A stretch of 64,000 nt of DNA from an uncultured Chloroflexia bacterium (GTDB lineage Bacteria > Chloroflexota > UBA6077 > JACCZL01). Positions 18,275 through 29,396 of this stretch are shown one piece after another; position 1 is the stretch's first letter; each line of letters starts with the position of its first letter. The notes below the pieces were generated by a model that had not been told where the DNA came from, made no database searches, and saw only the letters and a program-made list of their open reading frames with translations. The position numbers were made by a program, and so were the translations under genes. The stretch is from positions 96,001-160,000 of the forward strand of contig CAVXYC010000028.1 of the NCBI GenBank assembly GCA_963765765.1, written 5' to 3'.

Positions 18275-19987
18275 GTGACTGACGGCGGCAGCGACAATCC
18301 GACCAATCAACCGGCCTCGCCCACGGGTGAGGCCGGTTCGCATCGTGTTTCTGTTTCAGACGATCTCGAGATCTCGACCTATCTCGAGATCGGAACGTCT
18401 GGCACCACGTCCAGTCCCGCGTCATCGGGATCGCGGGACCAGGTAAGCCGCGATTGCATCGCGGTTATTCACTTCGGTTCCCAGTACAGTCAGCTCATCA
18501 CGCGCCGCGTGCGTGAGCTTCACGTCTATTCCGAGCTGCTTCCGCACGACGTCAGCGAAGAACGCGTCAAGGCGCTGAATCCGAAGGGGTTCATCCTTTC
18601 CGGCGGACCATCCAGTGTCTACGATGAAGGCGCTCCGACAATTCCGCGCTTCATCCTGGAGAGCGGAAAGCCCATACTGGGCGTCTGCTATGGCATGCAG
18701 GCGCTGGTACATCAGCTCGATGGCGTGGTGGCTCCGAGCGATAAACGCGAGTACGGGCACGCCGTCGCTCAATGTCGCCGACTGCGCACTCGCCACTCTT
18801 CGAAGGTCTCCCCAGTCAGTTCTCGGTCTGGATGAGCCACGGCGACTCCATCACCCAGCTTCCCACGGGTTTGACGACAATCGCCCAGAGCGAGAATTCG
18901 CCGGTCGCTGCGATGAGCGATGGCAAGGGAATCTACGGTCTCCAGTTCCATCCGGAGGTCGTCCATACCGCAAACGGCAAAGATCTGCTGGCCAATTTCG
19001 CGTTTCGCGTGTGCGGCTGCGAAGCATCGTGGACACCGGATATCTTCATTGAATCCAACATCGCCGAGATTCGCGAGCGCGTCGGAAACGGCCGCGTCAT
19101 CTGCGCCCTTTCTGGCGGTGTGGACTCGGCCGTGGTCGCGAGCCTGCTGCATCGAGCTATCGGCGATCAGCTCATCTGCATCTTCGTCAACAACGGCCTC
19201 CTGCGCCGTGGTGAGCCTGAGCGTGTTGTGGAAACCTTTGAGCGCAACATGCGCATGAACCTCCGCCATGTGGACGCGACGGGCTGGTTCCTGCGCCGAC
19301 TCCGAGGCGTCATCGACCCCGAAGAAAAGCGCAAAGCTATTGGCGACGAATTTATCCAGGTCTTTCGTGAGATCGCCGGCGAATACGGTGATCGCGACTT
19401 CCTGGCGCAGGGCACGCTCTACCCGGACGTGATCGAGAGCGCGGGGTCGGGTCTTGGCGCTGAGCACGTCATCAAATCGCACCACAATGTCGGCGGACTG
19501 CCCAAGGACCTGCCCTTCCAGCTTATCGAGCCGCTCCGCTACCTCTTCAAGGATGAGGTACGCGAGGTGGGGATCTGCGCTGGGACTGCCAGAAGACATG
19601 GTCTGGAGACAGCCATTCCCGGGCCCCGGGCTCGCAATTCGGATCATCGGCGAGGTCACGCCTGAGCGTCTGGAGAAGGCTCGCGGCGCCGACTTCATCG
19701 TGATGGACGAGATTCGGCAGGCCGGACTATACCGACAAGTCTGGCAGAGCTTCGCCGTCATTACGCCAGTCCGCACAGTCGGCGTGATGGGCGACAAGCG
19801 AACGTACGACGAGGTCGTAGCGGTGCGTATCGTGACCAGCGACGATGGCATGACCGCAGACTGGGCTCGTGTACCGTACGACCTACTGGCACGCATCTCC
19901 AATCGCATCGTGAACGAAGTCGCCGGCGTGAACCGCGTGGTCTACGACATCAGCTCGAAGCCACCCGGCACCATCGAGTGGGAATGA
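18275..19987 (+). CDS. guaA: GMP synthase (glutamine-hydrolysing), split by frameshifts near 18770 and 19570
   Basis: FGSQY, SGGP and GVCYG in one frame; QFHPEV, SGGVDS and IKSHHNVGG in a second; PFPGPGL...KPPGTIEWE in a third. Confidence 0.92.
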
Positions 19988-20094
19988 GCCGCTACGGCTC
20001 TCGGCGGTGCGGGTCTCCGGGCCGGCCGTTCCACCAGCTCGTCTGCGTGGCAGGTGCAGAGAGCAGCGGCACCGAAGACACCCAAGCGACGAGC

Positions 20095-21393
20095 ATGAAC
20101 GTCCTTGTCATCGGCAACGGCAGCCGCGAGCATGCCATCTGCTGGAAGCTCCGGCAGAGTCCGCGGCTTGGGTCCCTGTACTGCGCACCCGGTAATGCTG
20201 GCACAAGGCTGCAGGCTGAGAACGTCCCGCTGGATCCCGCTGACCATACAGCGGTGGCTGACTGGTGTCGCCAGAACGCAATCGACCTGGTTGTCATTGG
20301 CCCCGAGGCGCCTCTGGCCGACGGGCTGGCGGATTCGCTCATCGCGGCTGGTCTGCTTGTCTTTGGTCCAACCGCGAGTGCCGCGCGGATCGAAAGCAGC
20401 AAGATCTGGACGAAGGCGTTTGCGCATCGGCACGGAATTCCAACGGCAAACGCGTCTGCGACCTCCGATTACGAGCAGGCCATGTCGGCCATCGAACAGC
20501 TTCAGCTCCCGGTCGTCATCAAAGCCGACGGACTGGCCGCCGGCAAAGGCGTGGCCATCGCGGGCGATCACGCGGCCGCCGAGGAAGTGGTGCGTGGGTA
20601 TCTGCTCGAGGGCCAGCTCGGCGAAGCGGGCAAGAGTCTGCTTGTAGAAGAGTTCCTGGAGGGCGTCGAGGTCTCGCTTCTGGCCTTTGCCGACGGCGAG
20701 CGATATGCCGTGATGCCGCCAGCGCGCGATCACAAGCGCATCTTTGATGGCGACCGAGGACCGAACACGGGCGGCATGGGAGCCTTTGCTCCGGTTCAAG
20801 ATGTGGACGTTGCATCGCTTGCGGAACAGTTCATAGCTCCCGCTGTCCGCGGCATGGTGGCAGAAGGTTATCCGTTCCGCGGCGTACTCTACGCAGGCCT
20901 CATGCTGACAGCCCATGGGCCAAGGTTGATTGAATACAACTGCCGCTTTGGTGATCCTGAGACGCAAGTGATCCTGCCGCTGCTCGAAACGGATCTCCTC
21001 GACATCTGCGAGTCTGCCGCGCGAGGGCAGCTCCAGCCTGAAACAGTCACCTTCCGTTCCGAGACAGCCTGCGGAGTGGTGCTCGCGTCACACGGTTACC
21101 CGGGCCCAGTGACGTCGGGCGACATCATCAAGGGTTTGCATGACACACCCTCGGATGTTCTCGTATTTCAGGCAGGCACGGCCGTGAATTCGTCCGGGGA
21201 GACCGTAACGGCAGGCGGACGCGTGCTGACGGTCACGGGGATGGGCCAGGATATTCACGCCGCCCGCGCGCGAGCGTACGCAGGCATCCAGGCCATATCA
21301 TTCGAGGGCTCGCAGATGCGTACTGATATCGGACTCCCATCTGATCCAGAAGCTCGCGGGACAAGTCCCACGACAACAGGTTTGCATCCATGA
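20095..21393 (+). CDS. purD: Phosphoribosylamine-glycine ligase
   Basis: GNGSREHA, GPEAPL, KADGLAAGKGV, DHKR...GPNTGGMG, RFGDPETQ. Confidence 0.96.
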   Translation: MNVLVIGNGSREHAICWKLRQSPRLGSLYCAPGNAGTRLQAENVPLDPADHTAVADWCRQNAIDLVVIGPEAPLADGLADSLIAAGLLVFGPTASAARIESSKIWTKAFAHRHGIPTANASATSDYEQAMSAIEQLQLPVVIKADGLAAGKGVAIAGDHAAAEEVVRGYLLEGQLGEAGKSLLVEEFLEGVEVSLLAFADGERYAVMPPARDHKRIFDGDRGPNTGGMGAFAPVQDVDVASLAEQFIAPAVRGMVAEGYPFRGVLYAGLMLTAHGPRLIEYNCRFGDPETQVILPLLETDLLDICESAARGQLQPETVTFRSETACGVVLASHGYPGPVTSGDIIKGLHDTPSDVLVFQAGTAVNSSGETVTAGGRVLTVTGMGQDIHAARARAYAGIQAISFEGSQMRTDIGLPSDPEARGTSPTTTGLHP

Positions 21394-22682
21394 TTCCTCG
21401 CTATTCGAATCCCGAGATGGCCCGCATCTGGTCAGATGAGCACAAGATGGAGGTCTGGCTACGGGTGGAGATCGCCGCGTGCGAGGCCTGGGCTGCATCT
21501 GGTGTCATCCCAGCGGAGGACATGGCTCAGATTCGTGGTGCCACGTTCGACATGGCGCGATGGGACGAGCTGTACCAGGAGACTCATCACGATGTGATCG
21601 CCTTTATACGAACGGTCTCGGAGCGCATCGGTCCTGCCGGGCGCTGGATCCATTACGGCATGACGTCGCAAGACGTGTGGGATACATCGACGTCCATTCA
21701 AATGATGGAAGCCGCCGAGCTAATCGAGCGCGATCTTGATGCGCTGGAGCAAGCGGTCACGAAACAGGCGCTGCGTTACAAAGACACGCCGGCCATCGGT
21801 CGAACGCACGGCGTGCATGCGGAGCCCACGACATTCGGCCATAAGCTGGCCGTCTGGATTGATCAGCATCGGCTGAATCGCGAGCGGGTGAAGCGTGCGC
21901 GCGAGGAGATCTCCATCGGAATGTTCTCCGGCGCCGTCGGCACGCACGCCAATGTTCCGCCGGAGATTGAAGAGCGCGCCTGCGAGATACTCGGACTGAA
22001 GCCAGCGCCCGTGTCTTCACAGATTATCCAGCGGGACCGCCACGCCGCTTACATGACGGCACTCGCAGTGGTGGCGTCTACGCTGGAGCAGCAAGCGCTC
22101 GAGATTCGACTGCTACAGCGGACTGAGGTCAGCGAGGTCGCAGAGCCGTTTGGCTCGGGTCAGCAGGGCTCGTCGGCCATGCCGCATAAGCGCAATCCGG
22201 AGCTGGTAGAGCGGATCTGCGGACTCGCACGGGTCGTTAGAGCGAATGCGCTTCCGGCTCTCGAGGATGTCGCTCTGTGGCACGAGCGCGACATCAGCCA
22301 CTCGTCAGTTGAGCGCGTGATCCTGCCTGACTCGTGCATTCTCCTCGACTACATGCTCCAGATGTTTACGGGCATTGTCAGCGACATGGATGTGAACGTA
22401 GAGCAGATGAAAGCCAATTTAGAGTCCACGCGAGGTCTCGTGTACTCGGGACGCGTGTTAATCGCACTGGTCGAAGCGGGCATGCAACGCAACGACGCCT
22501 ACCAGATCATTCAGGGATACGCGAAACGGGTGTGGGCGGGCGACGGCGACCTACAGTCGCACCTTGCTCAAGACTCCAAAGTTCGCGAGCACATGAGCTC
22601 CGAGCAGCTTGCCGAGCTCTTTTCGCTGGACTACCACCTGCGAAATATCGATGTGCCGTTCAAGCGACTGGGGTTGCTCTAG
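21390..22682 (+). CDS. purB: Adenylosuccinate lyase
   Basis: HDVIAF, GRTHGVHAEP, SSAMPHKRNP, WHERDISHSS. Confidence 0.96.
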   Translation: MIPRYSNPEMARIWSDEHKMEVWLRVEIAACEAWAASGVIPAEDMAQIRGATFDMARWDELYQETHHDVIAFIRTVSERIGPAGRWIHYGMTSQDVWDTSTSIQMMEAAELIERDLDALEQAVTKQALRYKDTPAIGRTHGVHAEPTTFGHKLAVWIDQHRLNRERVKRAREEISIGMFSGAVGTHANVPPEIEERACEILGLKPAPVSSQIIQRDRHAAYMTALAVVASTLEQQALEIRLLQRTEVSEVAEPFGSGQQGSSAMPHKRNPELVERICGLARVVRANALPALEDVALWHERDISHSSVERVILPDSCILLDYMLQMFTGIVSDMDVNVEQMKANLESTRGLVYSGRVLIALVEAGMQRNDAYQIIQGYAKRVWAGDGDLQSHLAQDSKVREHMSSEQLAELFSLDYHLRNIDVPFKRLGLL

Positions 22683-22724
22683 TGCTCTGTAAAACACGGT
22701 CTGTCGTCCTGGCAGCCAGGGAGT

Positions 22725-22808
22725 GCTCTCGGTGGGGCGGGTCTCTGTACCCGACACTACCAGGCTTTGCTGTCTGGCGGGTACAGAGAGGCCCGCCCCA
22801 CCGAGAGC
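22725..22808. repeat. REP-like inverted doublet between purB and purC
   Basis: GCTCTCGGTGGGGCGGGTCTCTGTACCCG pairs with CGGGTACAGAGAGGCCCGCCCCACCGAGAGC (2-nt bulge). Confidence 0.8.
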
Positions 22809-22868
22809 GCTTCAGCTTCCCACACGCGTCAAACGCTCTCACCTTACGGGGACATTAGCCGTGCATCC

Positions 22869-23772
22869 ATGCCTTCAGCCAGGAGCGCCATTTCCGCCGA
22901 CGCTGACAGAACAAATCTTCCTGGCCTTCCGCTTTTTTCGCGCGGGAAGGTGCGCGAGATGGTAGATCTTGACGATCATCTGCTCATGGTGGCCAGCGAC
23001 CGAGTCTCAGCGTTTGATGTGGTGATGAACGAACCGATCCCGGGCAAGGGCATCGTACTGACAGCATTCTCGGAGTTCTGGTTCGGCCACACGCATCAAA
23101 TAGTTCCAAATCATCTCGTCAGCGCCGACGTCTCTGATTTCCCATCGAGCGTCCATGCCTTTCCGCGACCAGCTCGACGGGCGAGCCATGCTGGTGCGCA
23201 AAGCCGAGCGTGTGGACATCGAATGCGTGGTGCGCGGCTATCTGGCTGGGTCCGCCTGGGCTGAATATCGGCGTCATGGAACAATGGCCGGCGAGCCCCT
23301 CCCGGAGGGGATGAGTGAGGCAGAGCGTTTGCCTGAGCCGCTCTTCACACCCGCGACCAAGGCCGATAGCGGCCACGACGAGAACATCCCGATGTCGCGA
23401 ATGCGTGAGATCGTTGGTGCGTCACTGGCGGACCGCCTTCGCGAGCTGAGCATCGCGCTCTACCAATTCGCGGAAGAGCACGCTCGACAGCGCGGGATCA
23501 TCCTTGCGGACACGAAGTTCGAATTCGGACTCATCGATGGAGAGATCACCCTGATCGATGAAGCGCTTACACCCGATTCCAGCCGGTTCTGGCCGGCGGA
23601 TGGTTACGAGAAGGGGCGATCGCAGCCGAGCTTCGACAAGCAGTACTTGCGCGACTATCTGGAATCAACTGGCTGGAACAAAGAACCTCCGCCGCCACCG
23701 CTCCCCGATCAGGTGGTGAGCCGAACCGCGGAAAAGTATCGAGAGGCATATCAGCGTGTTGTGGCTGGCTAA
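22869..23772 (+). CDS. purC: SAICAR synthetase, frameshift at a T-run near 23160
   Basis: [13 protein letters not shown] and IPGKG in one frame; [15 protein letters not shown] and [12 protein letters not shown] in another. Confidence 0.93.
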
Positions 23773-24013
23773 AGTCAACATCGTTCTCAAGCCCGTGGTG
23801 AATGATCCCGAAGGCCTGGCCATCCAGGGAGGGCTGAAGTCGCTCGGTTTTGAGCAAGTTACCGACGTGCGCTCAGGCAAGCTCATCGAGATCCGTCTGG
23901 AGTCTCCGGACCGTAAGTCAGCGCGCGATCAAGTAGTCAGTATGTGCCGCAAGCTGCTGGCGAATCCGGTGATCGAAGACTATCGGTTCACGCTGTCGGA
24001 GGCGAAATCCTAA
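23756..24013 (+). CDS. purS: FGAM synthase subunit PurS
   Basis: LKPVVNDPEG...VRSGK...LLANPVIEDY. Confidence 0.93.
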   Translation: MLWLAKVNIVLKPVVNDPEGLAIQGGLKSLGFEQVTDVRSGKLIEIRLESPDRKSARDQVVSMCRKLLANPVIEDYRFTLSEAKS

Positions 24014-24117
24014 CCGCTAGAGCATGACAATGATTCCCTGGTGCGAAATAGGAGAATCACCCTTGAATCTGCTGGTTTGGCGCCGGATCTACGCGTTCGA
24101 CGGGTTACACTAAGCGC

Positions 24118-24357
24118 ATGAGCGGCTACCAGCTCTGGGACACACTTAGCGGTGACCTGCTTGATGACTTCGGAACGGAGTCGGACGCACTGGAATGCGT
24201 TCAAGGTCTCTTTGAGGCTCGTGAGCTCGACGACGACCCGAATATCGCCCTTGTCTCCGTTGAAGATAGTGGCGACACGGCCACGATCGCAGACGGTCAA
24301 GCTCTGGTCCGCCTGGCTCGAGCCCGTTCCGAACAACCAGGCCAAGCGGAAAGATAG
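24118..24357 (+). CDS. Small acidic hypothetical protein
   Basis: 79-aa ATG ORF filling the gap (YQLWDTLSGDLLDDF). Confidence 0.55.
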   Translation: MSGYQLWDTLSGDLLDDFGTESDALECVQGLFEARELDDDPNIALVSVEDSGDTATIADGQALVRLARARSEQPGQAER

Positions 24358-24369
24358 CCCGGCTTCGGG

Positions 24370-25219
24370 TCACACTGCGCTCGAATCGTCTGGCCGCGCT
24401 TTATGCCGCTTCAATATCGTCGATCGCAAGTCGTCGAAGCAGCTCCTGGGAACGGCCTGCGAGCCAATGGTGACGCCATTCGCTCGGCCATGTGAATCCG
24501 ATCCACCGGTGGCAATGGCACTCAGTTGGTCAGCGATAGCGCGGAAATGATCTCGAGTTGTGTCTAAATGCGCCACGGACCAGCATTCGAGGCCGTCCAG
24601 GCCGGAGCGCATGAGTGACTCGACCTGATGGGCCGCCAGAACTGGCCCGCCGCGAATAATCTTTCCCGGATGGGCGAGAACTGCTACACCGCCGACGCGA
24701 TGAATGAGATCGATCCCGTCCTCGATTGATGCAGTAACGGGCTGCTGCGCTGCACGCCGCAGGGTTTTCCACGGGTTCTTCAATTCGCCGAGAAGACGCT
24801 CGCGCGTCAGTGCCAGGACGACCGAGGTTCCCGTGGGATAACGACTATGAGCCCGCTGGAGAGACTCCAGAGGAACATCGTGGCCTTCGTCTCGCAACTC
24901 AGAGCGAAGCTCCGCGACGTGCATCTCCATCGCCCGCTCCGCTGCTCCAAGCCTATCGACTGAGCAAGGAGTGCGTGTGAACGATTCCGTAGCCCAGAAG
25001 ATGGACCACACGCCGGCCCCATCGCACGGTGAGCTCAATGGCTGGGATCACTTCAACACCAAGTCGGCGACCGGCGATCAGCGCTTCATCCGTCCCACCG
25101 ACCACATCGTGATCGGCGATGGCAACTGCCTCGAGTCCAATCTCTGCCGCCCGCTGCACGACCTGCGTTGGAGTAAGCCGGCCGTCGGACCAGGTGGAGT
25201 GCAGGTGCAGATCGATCAT
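24370..25219 (-). CDS. PHP-domain phosphoesterase (TrpH/YciV-like), frameshift near 24960-24990
   Basis: DLHLHSTWSDG, ADHD and VHLLGY in one frame; VLAHPG, GLE and TGGSDSHG in another. Confidence 0.85.
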
Positions 25220-25340
25220 GATGTCAACTCACCCGTGCCATCCTCACCAACAATCGACGACCCAAAGCCGCCTCCGAGCCGCACCCTTACGGGATGCGGC
25301 TCTGTTAGTGCGTTGATGATTTCGGTGGTCAATCGGAGGA

Positions 25341-25934
25341 TTAGTCCAGGACGCCTTTGGTGCTCGGGATCTCGCCCGCGATGCGCTCGTCAAAACGCGT
25401 TGCGTCGTCCAGTGCCCGCGCCATGGACTTGAACGCCGACTCCACTCGGTGGTGGTCGTTCTCCCCCATCATGGTGTGCACGTGAAGCGTGATGCGGGCT
25501 TCCTGGGCGAGGGAGAGGAAAAAGTGCGGCACCATCTCAGTGCTCAACGTTCCGATGGCTGCGCCCTTCAAGCCAAGGTCGACGACAGCCATTCCCCGTC
25601 CGCTCAAGTCCACTGACGCCATCGTCAGCGCCTCATCGAGCGGCACGATGGCGTGCCCGAAGCGCCGAATTCCGCGTCGTTCGCCAAGAGCTTCCGCGAA
25701 TGCTCGGCCGAGGCCAATGCCGATATCCTCGACGGTGTGATGATCATCGATATGCAGATCCCCGGTTGCCTTGACGGTTATGTCAAATCGACCATGGCGC
25801 GCCAGACTGTCCAGCATGTGATCCAGAAATCCAATACCCGTGGAGATGTCTGAGATCCCGGTGCCGTCGATCTCCCAGCGAATCGTGATGCTGGTCTCAC
25901 GGGTCTCTCGAGTGCTCGAACCGACGCGGCTCAC
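25341..25934 (-). CDS. hisB: Imidazoleglycerol-phosphate dehydratase (monofunctional)
   Basis: TGIGFLDHML, DDHHTVED, NDHHRVE, PSTKG. Confidence 0.96.
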   Translation of the reverse strand: MSRVGSSTRETRETSITIRWEIDGTGISDISTGIGFLDHMLDSLARHGRFDITVKATGDLHIDDHHTVEDIGIGLGRAFAEALGERRGIRRFGHAIVPLDEALTMASVDLSGRGMAVVDLGLKGAAIGTLSTEMVPHFFLSLAQEARITLHVHTMMGENDHHRVESAFKSMARALDDATRFDERIAGEIPSTKGVLD

Positions 25935-27034
25935 GTGCGCGGCGCCGATCGCAAGGCTTGGATGAGTCTGTCCGTTTGCTCCGGCTTGCCAACGCTGATG
26001 CGCACGAATTCTCGAAGTCGCGCCGAGTTGTAAAAGCGCACCAGGATGCCGTTGTCAGCCAGATACTGAGTGAGATCCGCCCCCGAGATTCCATCCGCGT
26101 GCACCAGCATGAAGTTCGCCGCCGAGGGATATGGGGTGAGGTAATCGATCTCACTTAGCAGCTTCGTCATCCGCTTCTGCTCGGCCTGAATCTTCGCGAC
26201 GTTCTCCTGGAGCCAGGTCCGATCATTGAGCGACGCTTCCATCGCGACCACGGCCGCCTGATTGATATTGAACGGCGCCTTCAACTTCCACATGTGGGGC
26301 GAGATGCTGGACGGAAGCACCGCGTAACCGAGCCGAAGACCAGCCAGCCCAGCCCACTTGCTAAAGGTCCGTAAGAGCACCAGGTTGTCGCGTTCGGCAA
26401 CCATGGGCGCCAGCGACTGGCCGTAGAACTCGGCATAGGCCTCGTCCAGGACCACTAGAACGCCCGTATCAAGAATCCGGTCCAGAAGCTCCCGAGACGC
26501 AGGGTTGCCTGTTGGATTGTTCGGCGATGCGATGAACGTGATTTTGGTCTTTGGTGTGATCGCCCGAAGCGCAGCATCTGGATCGATATCGAACCGCTCG
26601 TCACGCGGAACGTCGATCAGTGGCGCCATGTACTGCTGCGCAACGAATGCGTAGACACCAAAGGTCGGGGAGAAATCCACGACCTCATCGCCGGGATTGA
26701 GAACCGCGCGCATGAGCAAGTCGATCAGCTCGTCGGATCCGTTGCCCAGGAAAAGGTATTGCGGGTCTACACCCACGTAGCCCGAGAGCACCTCACGTGC
26801 GTGCTCCTGATCCGGATCCGGATAGATATGGTAGTTGCTGAACTCGGCCAGCGCATGGCCGACCTTTGGAGACGCGCCGTACGGATTCTCGTTCGCGTCC
26901 AGCTTGATGACCTGGCTGACCGGTATGCCGAGGCGCTTTGCGAGTCGATCTGGATCTTCTGGCGGCGAGTATGGCGTCATGGACGCGACGGCGTCGCGAA
27001 TGAGCGAGCGTGGGCGCTGAGTCGACGTCCTCAT
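25931..27034 (-). CDS. hisC: Histidinol-phosphate aminotransferase
   Basis: LDANENP, GNGSDELI, SPNNPTG, DEAY, RTFSKWAGLAGLRLG. Confidence 0.95.
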   Translation of the reverse strand: MRTSTQRPRSLIRDAVASMTPYSPPEDPDRLAKRLGIPVSQVIKLDANENPYGASPKVGHALAEFSNYHIYPDPDQEHAREVLSGYVGVDPQYLFLGNGSDELIDLLMRAVLNPGDEVVDFSPTFGVYAFVAQQYMAPLIDVPRDERFDIDPDAALRAITPKTKITFIASPNNPTGNPASRELLDRILDTGVLVVLDEAYAEFYGQSLAPMVAERDNLVLLRTFSKWAGLAGLRLGYAVLPSSISPHMWKLKAPFNINQAAVVAMEASLNDRTWLQENVAKIQAEQKRMTKLLSEIDYLTPYPSAANFMLVHADGISGADLTQYLADNGILVRFYNSARLREFVRISVGKPEQTDRLIQALRSAPRT

Positions 27035-28371
27035 GTCAGGTCCTTTAGTCGCAGCTCGATCGCGTAAGCGTGTCCGTGGAGCCCCTCCGCGCGTGCCAAA
27101 TCCATGGCCGGCGGTCCCAAGCGCTTGACATCAGACTCGCCCATGGCGAACACCGAAGTGATCTTCACAAAGTCATCCAGGTTCACTGGCGAGGCGAATC
27201 GAGCCGTGCCACCGGTGGGCATGATGTGGCTGGGTCCGGCGGTGTAATCACCAATGCTCTCCGCGGCGAGCTCACCCACAAACACGCCTCCCGTGTTTCG
27301 GACGGCCGGCAGGAGCTTCCAGGGATCCCGTGTGCAGATGGCCATATGCTCGGGAGCGTAGAGATTGGCCAGTTCCATAGCCTCTTCGACTGAGTCGGCC
27401 ACAACGGTCATGCCTCGAGCGGCAATGGAATCTCGCATGATCTGCGCGCGCGGTGCGCTTTCTAGCTGTCGCTCGGCAGCCGCCAGAACATCCTCAACGA
27501 TCGTTGGCGAGGTTGCGATGAGCACTGGCTGTGCCATCGGATCGTGCTCGGCTTGAGCTAACAGATCAGATGCGAGGTACTCCACATTTGATGACTCGTC
27601 GGCAATGAGCACGCACTCCGTTGGTCCGGGAAGCCCGTCGATACCAACGAATCCGTTTACCAGCCTCTTGGCGGCGACAACGAAGAGATTTCCGGGGCCA
27701 ACGATCTTGTCCACGCGCTCGACGGATTCAGTCCCGAGGGCCAGCGCCGCGATGGCCTGTGCACCACCGAGTCGGTACACGCGATCTGCGCCGGCCAGAT
27801 GCGCGGCCGCCATGAGGACATCCGCGATCTCGCCGCTGGGCCCCGGCGGTGATGCGATCACAATCTCACCGACCCCGGCTACCCTTGCTGGAATCGCCGC
27901 CATAAGCACGGAGCTGGGATACGGCGCGCGCCCGCCTGGCGCGTATATCCCGACTCGATCCAGCGGTCGAATAATCTGCCCGAGGGCGCCGTCGCCGCGA
28001 TAATCGAGCCACGAGTTGCGGCGTGCGCGCTCATGGAAGTCGCGTAAACGATCCGCGGCAACTTCCAGGGCGTTCCGAAGCTCTGGAGTGATGGACTCGA
28101 ACGCCGCTTTGAGGCGCTCCCGGGGCACAACGAGCTCTGGCAGCTCCACTCCGTCGATCGCTCGACTGTAATGCTTTAGCGCCTCGTCGCCACGCGCGGC
28201 GACATCGGCGATGATGCGGCGAGCCACCTCTTCCACGCCAATTCGTTCACCGAACACATCGGCAATACGCGCCTGCACCGATTCAGGCAGCGGGACGTCG
28301 TCGATCATGCGCTGCTTCACCATCGCGGAACGCGCCGCCCGCGCACTTTCGAACTGTCGAATCTCGATCAT
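27031..28371 (-). CDS. hisD: Histidinol dehydrogenase
   Basis: GIYAPGG, GGAQAIAA, GPGN, QAEHD, APEH, GDYTAGPSH. Confidence 0.96.
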   Translation of the reverse strand: MIEIRQFESARAARSAMVKQRMIDDVPLPESVQARIADVFGERIGVEEVARRIIADVAARGDEALKHYSRAIDGVELPELVVPRERLKAAFESITPELRNALEVAADRLRDFHERARRNSWLDYRGDGALGQIIRPLDRVGIYAPGGRAPYPSSVLMAAIPARVAGVGEIVIASPPGPSGEIADVLMAAAHLAGADRVYRLGGAQAIAALALGTESVERVDKIVGPGNLFVVAAKRLVNGFVGIDGLPGPTECVLIADESSNVEYLASDLLAQAEHDPMAQPVLIATSPTIVEDVLAAAERQLESAPRAQIMRDSIAARGMTVVADSVEEAMELANLYAPEHMAICTRDPWKLLPAVRNTGGVFVGELAAESIGDYTAGPSHIMPTGGTARFASPVNLDDFVKITSVFAMGESDVKRLGPPAMDLARAEGLHGHAYAIELRLKDLT

Positions 28372-29396
28372 GCTTCCTCATCCTCGGCCTCGCCGAAGAG
28401 CTGGCGCCGAAGCGCTTCAAACGTCCAGGCTTTGTGCTGAAACACGTAGCGCAATGGAATCGCTGTCACATCGGCAGCGCCGGCCTTGCGCAGCGCATCC
28501 ACAGCTTTTTGAAGCACCTTGTCTTCCACCACGATCGTGGCGGCGTACCAGCCGCTCTGCCCATCGAGCCTGTAAACGGGCGCCACCGTGGGCCCTTGCA
28601 ACCCAGCGACCTCGCCATGACTCGTGACGACGTGCGCAATTGCTTCAGGACTATCACCATGAATATTCGCCGTGAGCGAGTAGAAGCTTCGGGCGCGTAA
28701 ATGCGCTTCAATCAGCTCGAGAATCTGTCTGGTGAGCTGCAGCTTGTCGTCAACAGATCGGAGTGCGATCTTGTTGGCGATGAGGCATGCCTGCGATTCC
28801 AGAATCGCCCCACCGTTCACTGGCTTCAATCGATTCTCGCGCAGTGTCACCCCGCTCGATGTGAGGTCGCAGATCATATCCGCGTATCCCATGGCCGGTG
28901 CGGCTTCCAGCGCTCCACTGCTCTCCACGATGGAGAAGTAGTTGATCCCTCGATCGAAGAGGAATTGGCGAGTCAGATTCACGTACTTCGTGGCGATGCG
29001 AAGCTCGCGTCCGCGCGCTCGCAGGTCCGCCGAGATCTCTGCCAGATCAGTCACGCCACTGACGTCGATCCATCCCTCTGGCACGGCCAGTACCAGTGAG
29101 CAGTGGCCAAAGCCGAGTTTCGGATGCAGCATGATGACGCTGTCATCCTCGCGTTCATGCTCGCGGACGAGATCGTAACCAGTAATCCCTACGTCGACAC
29201 TGCCCTCGCTTACTTTTTCAACGATGTCAGGCGCCCGCTGAAAGAGCACTTCGACACCCTTTAGCGAGCGCACGGTCGCGCGATATTGCCGTGGGTTACT
29301 GCGATTGACCGAGATACCGCACGACGATAGAAACGAGAGCGCCGCGTCTTCCATCCCTTTCGATGGGATCGCGATTCGAAGGCGTGTGTCGCTCAT
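28368..29396 (-). CDS. hisG: ATP phosphoribosyltransferase, long form
   Basis: IAIPSKG, DVGITGYD, IATKY, GALEAAP, DLTSSGVTLREN; C-terminal regulatory domain (GLQGPTVAP). Confidence 0.94.
   Translation of the reverse strand: MSDTRLRIAIPSKGMEDAALSFLSSCGISVNRSNPRQYRATVRSLKGVEVLFQRAPDIVEKVSEGSVDVGITGYDLVREHEREDDSVIMLHPKLGFGHCSLVLAVPEGWIDVSGVTDLAEISADLRARGRELRIATKYVNLTRQFLFDRGINYFSIVESSGALEAAPAMGYADMICDLTSSGVTLRENRLKPVNGGAILESQACLIANKIALRSVDDKLQLTRQILELIEAHLRARSFYSLTANIHGDSPEAIAHVVTSHGEVAGLQGPTVAPVYRLDGQSGWYAATIVVEDKVLQKAVDALRKAGAADVTAIPLRYVFQHKAWTFEALRRQLFGEAEDEEA

Noticed and set aside
18769-20967. Long antisense ORFs (379 aa, 341 aa) opposite guaA and purD
   Set aside because: Shadow ORFs of GC-rich coding strands; no recognisable motifs
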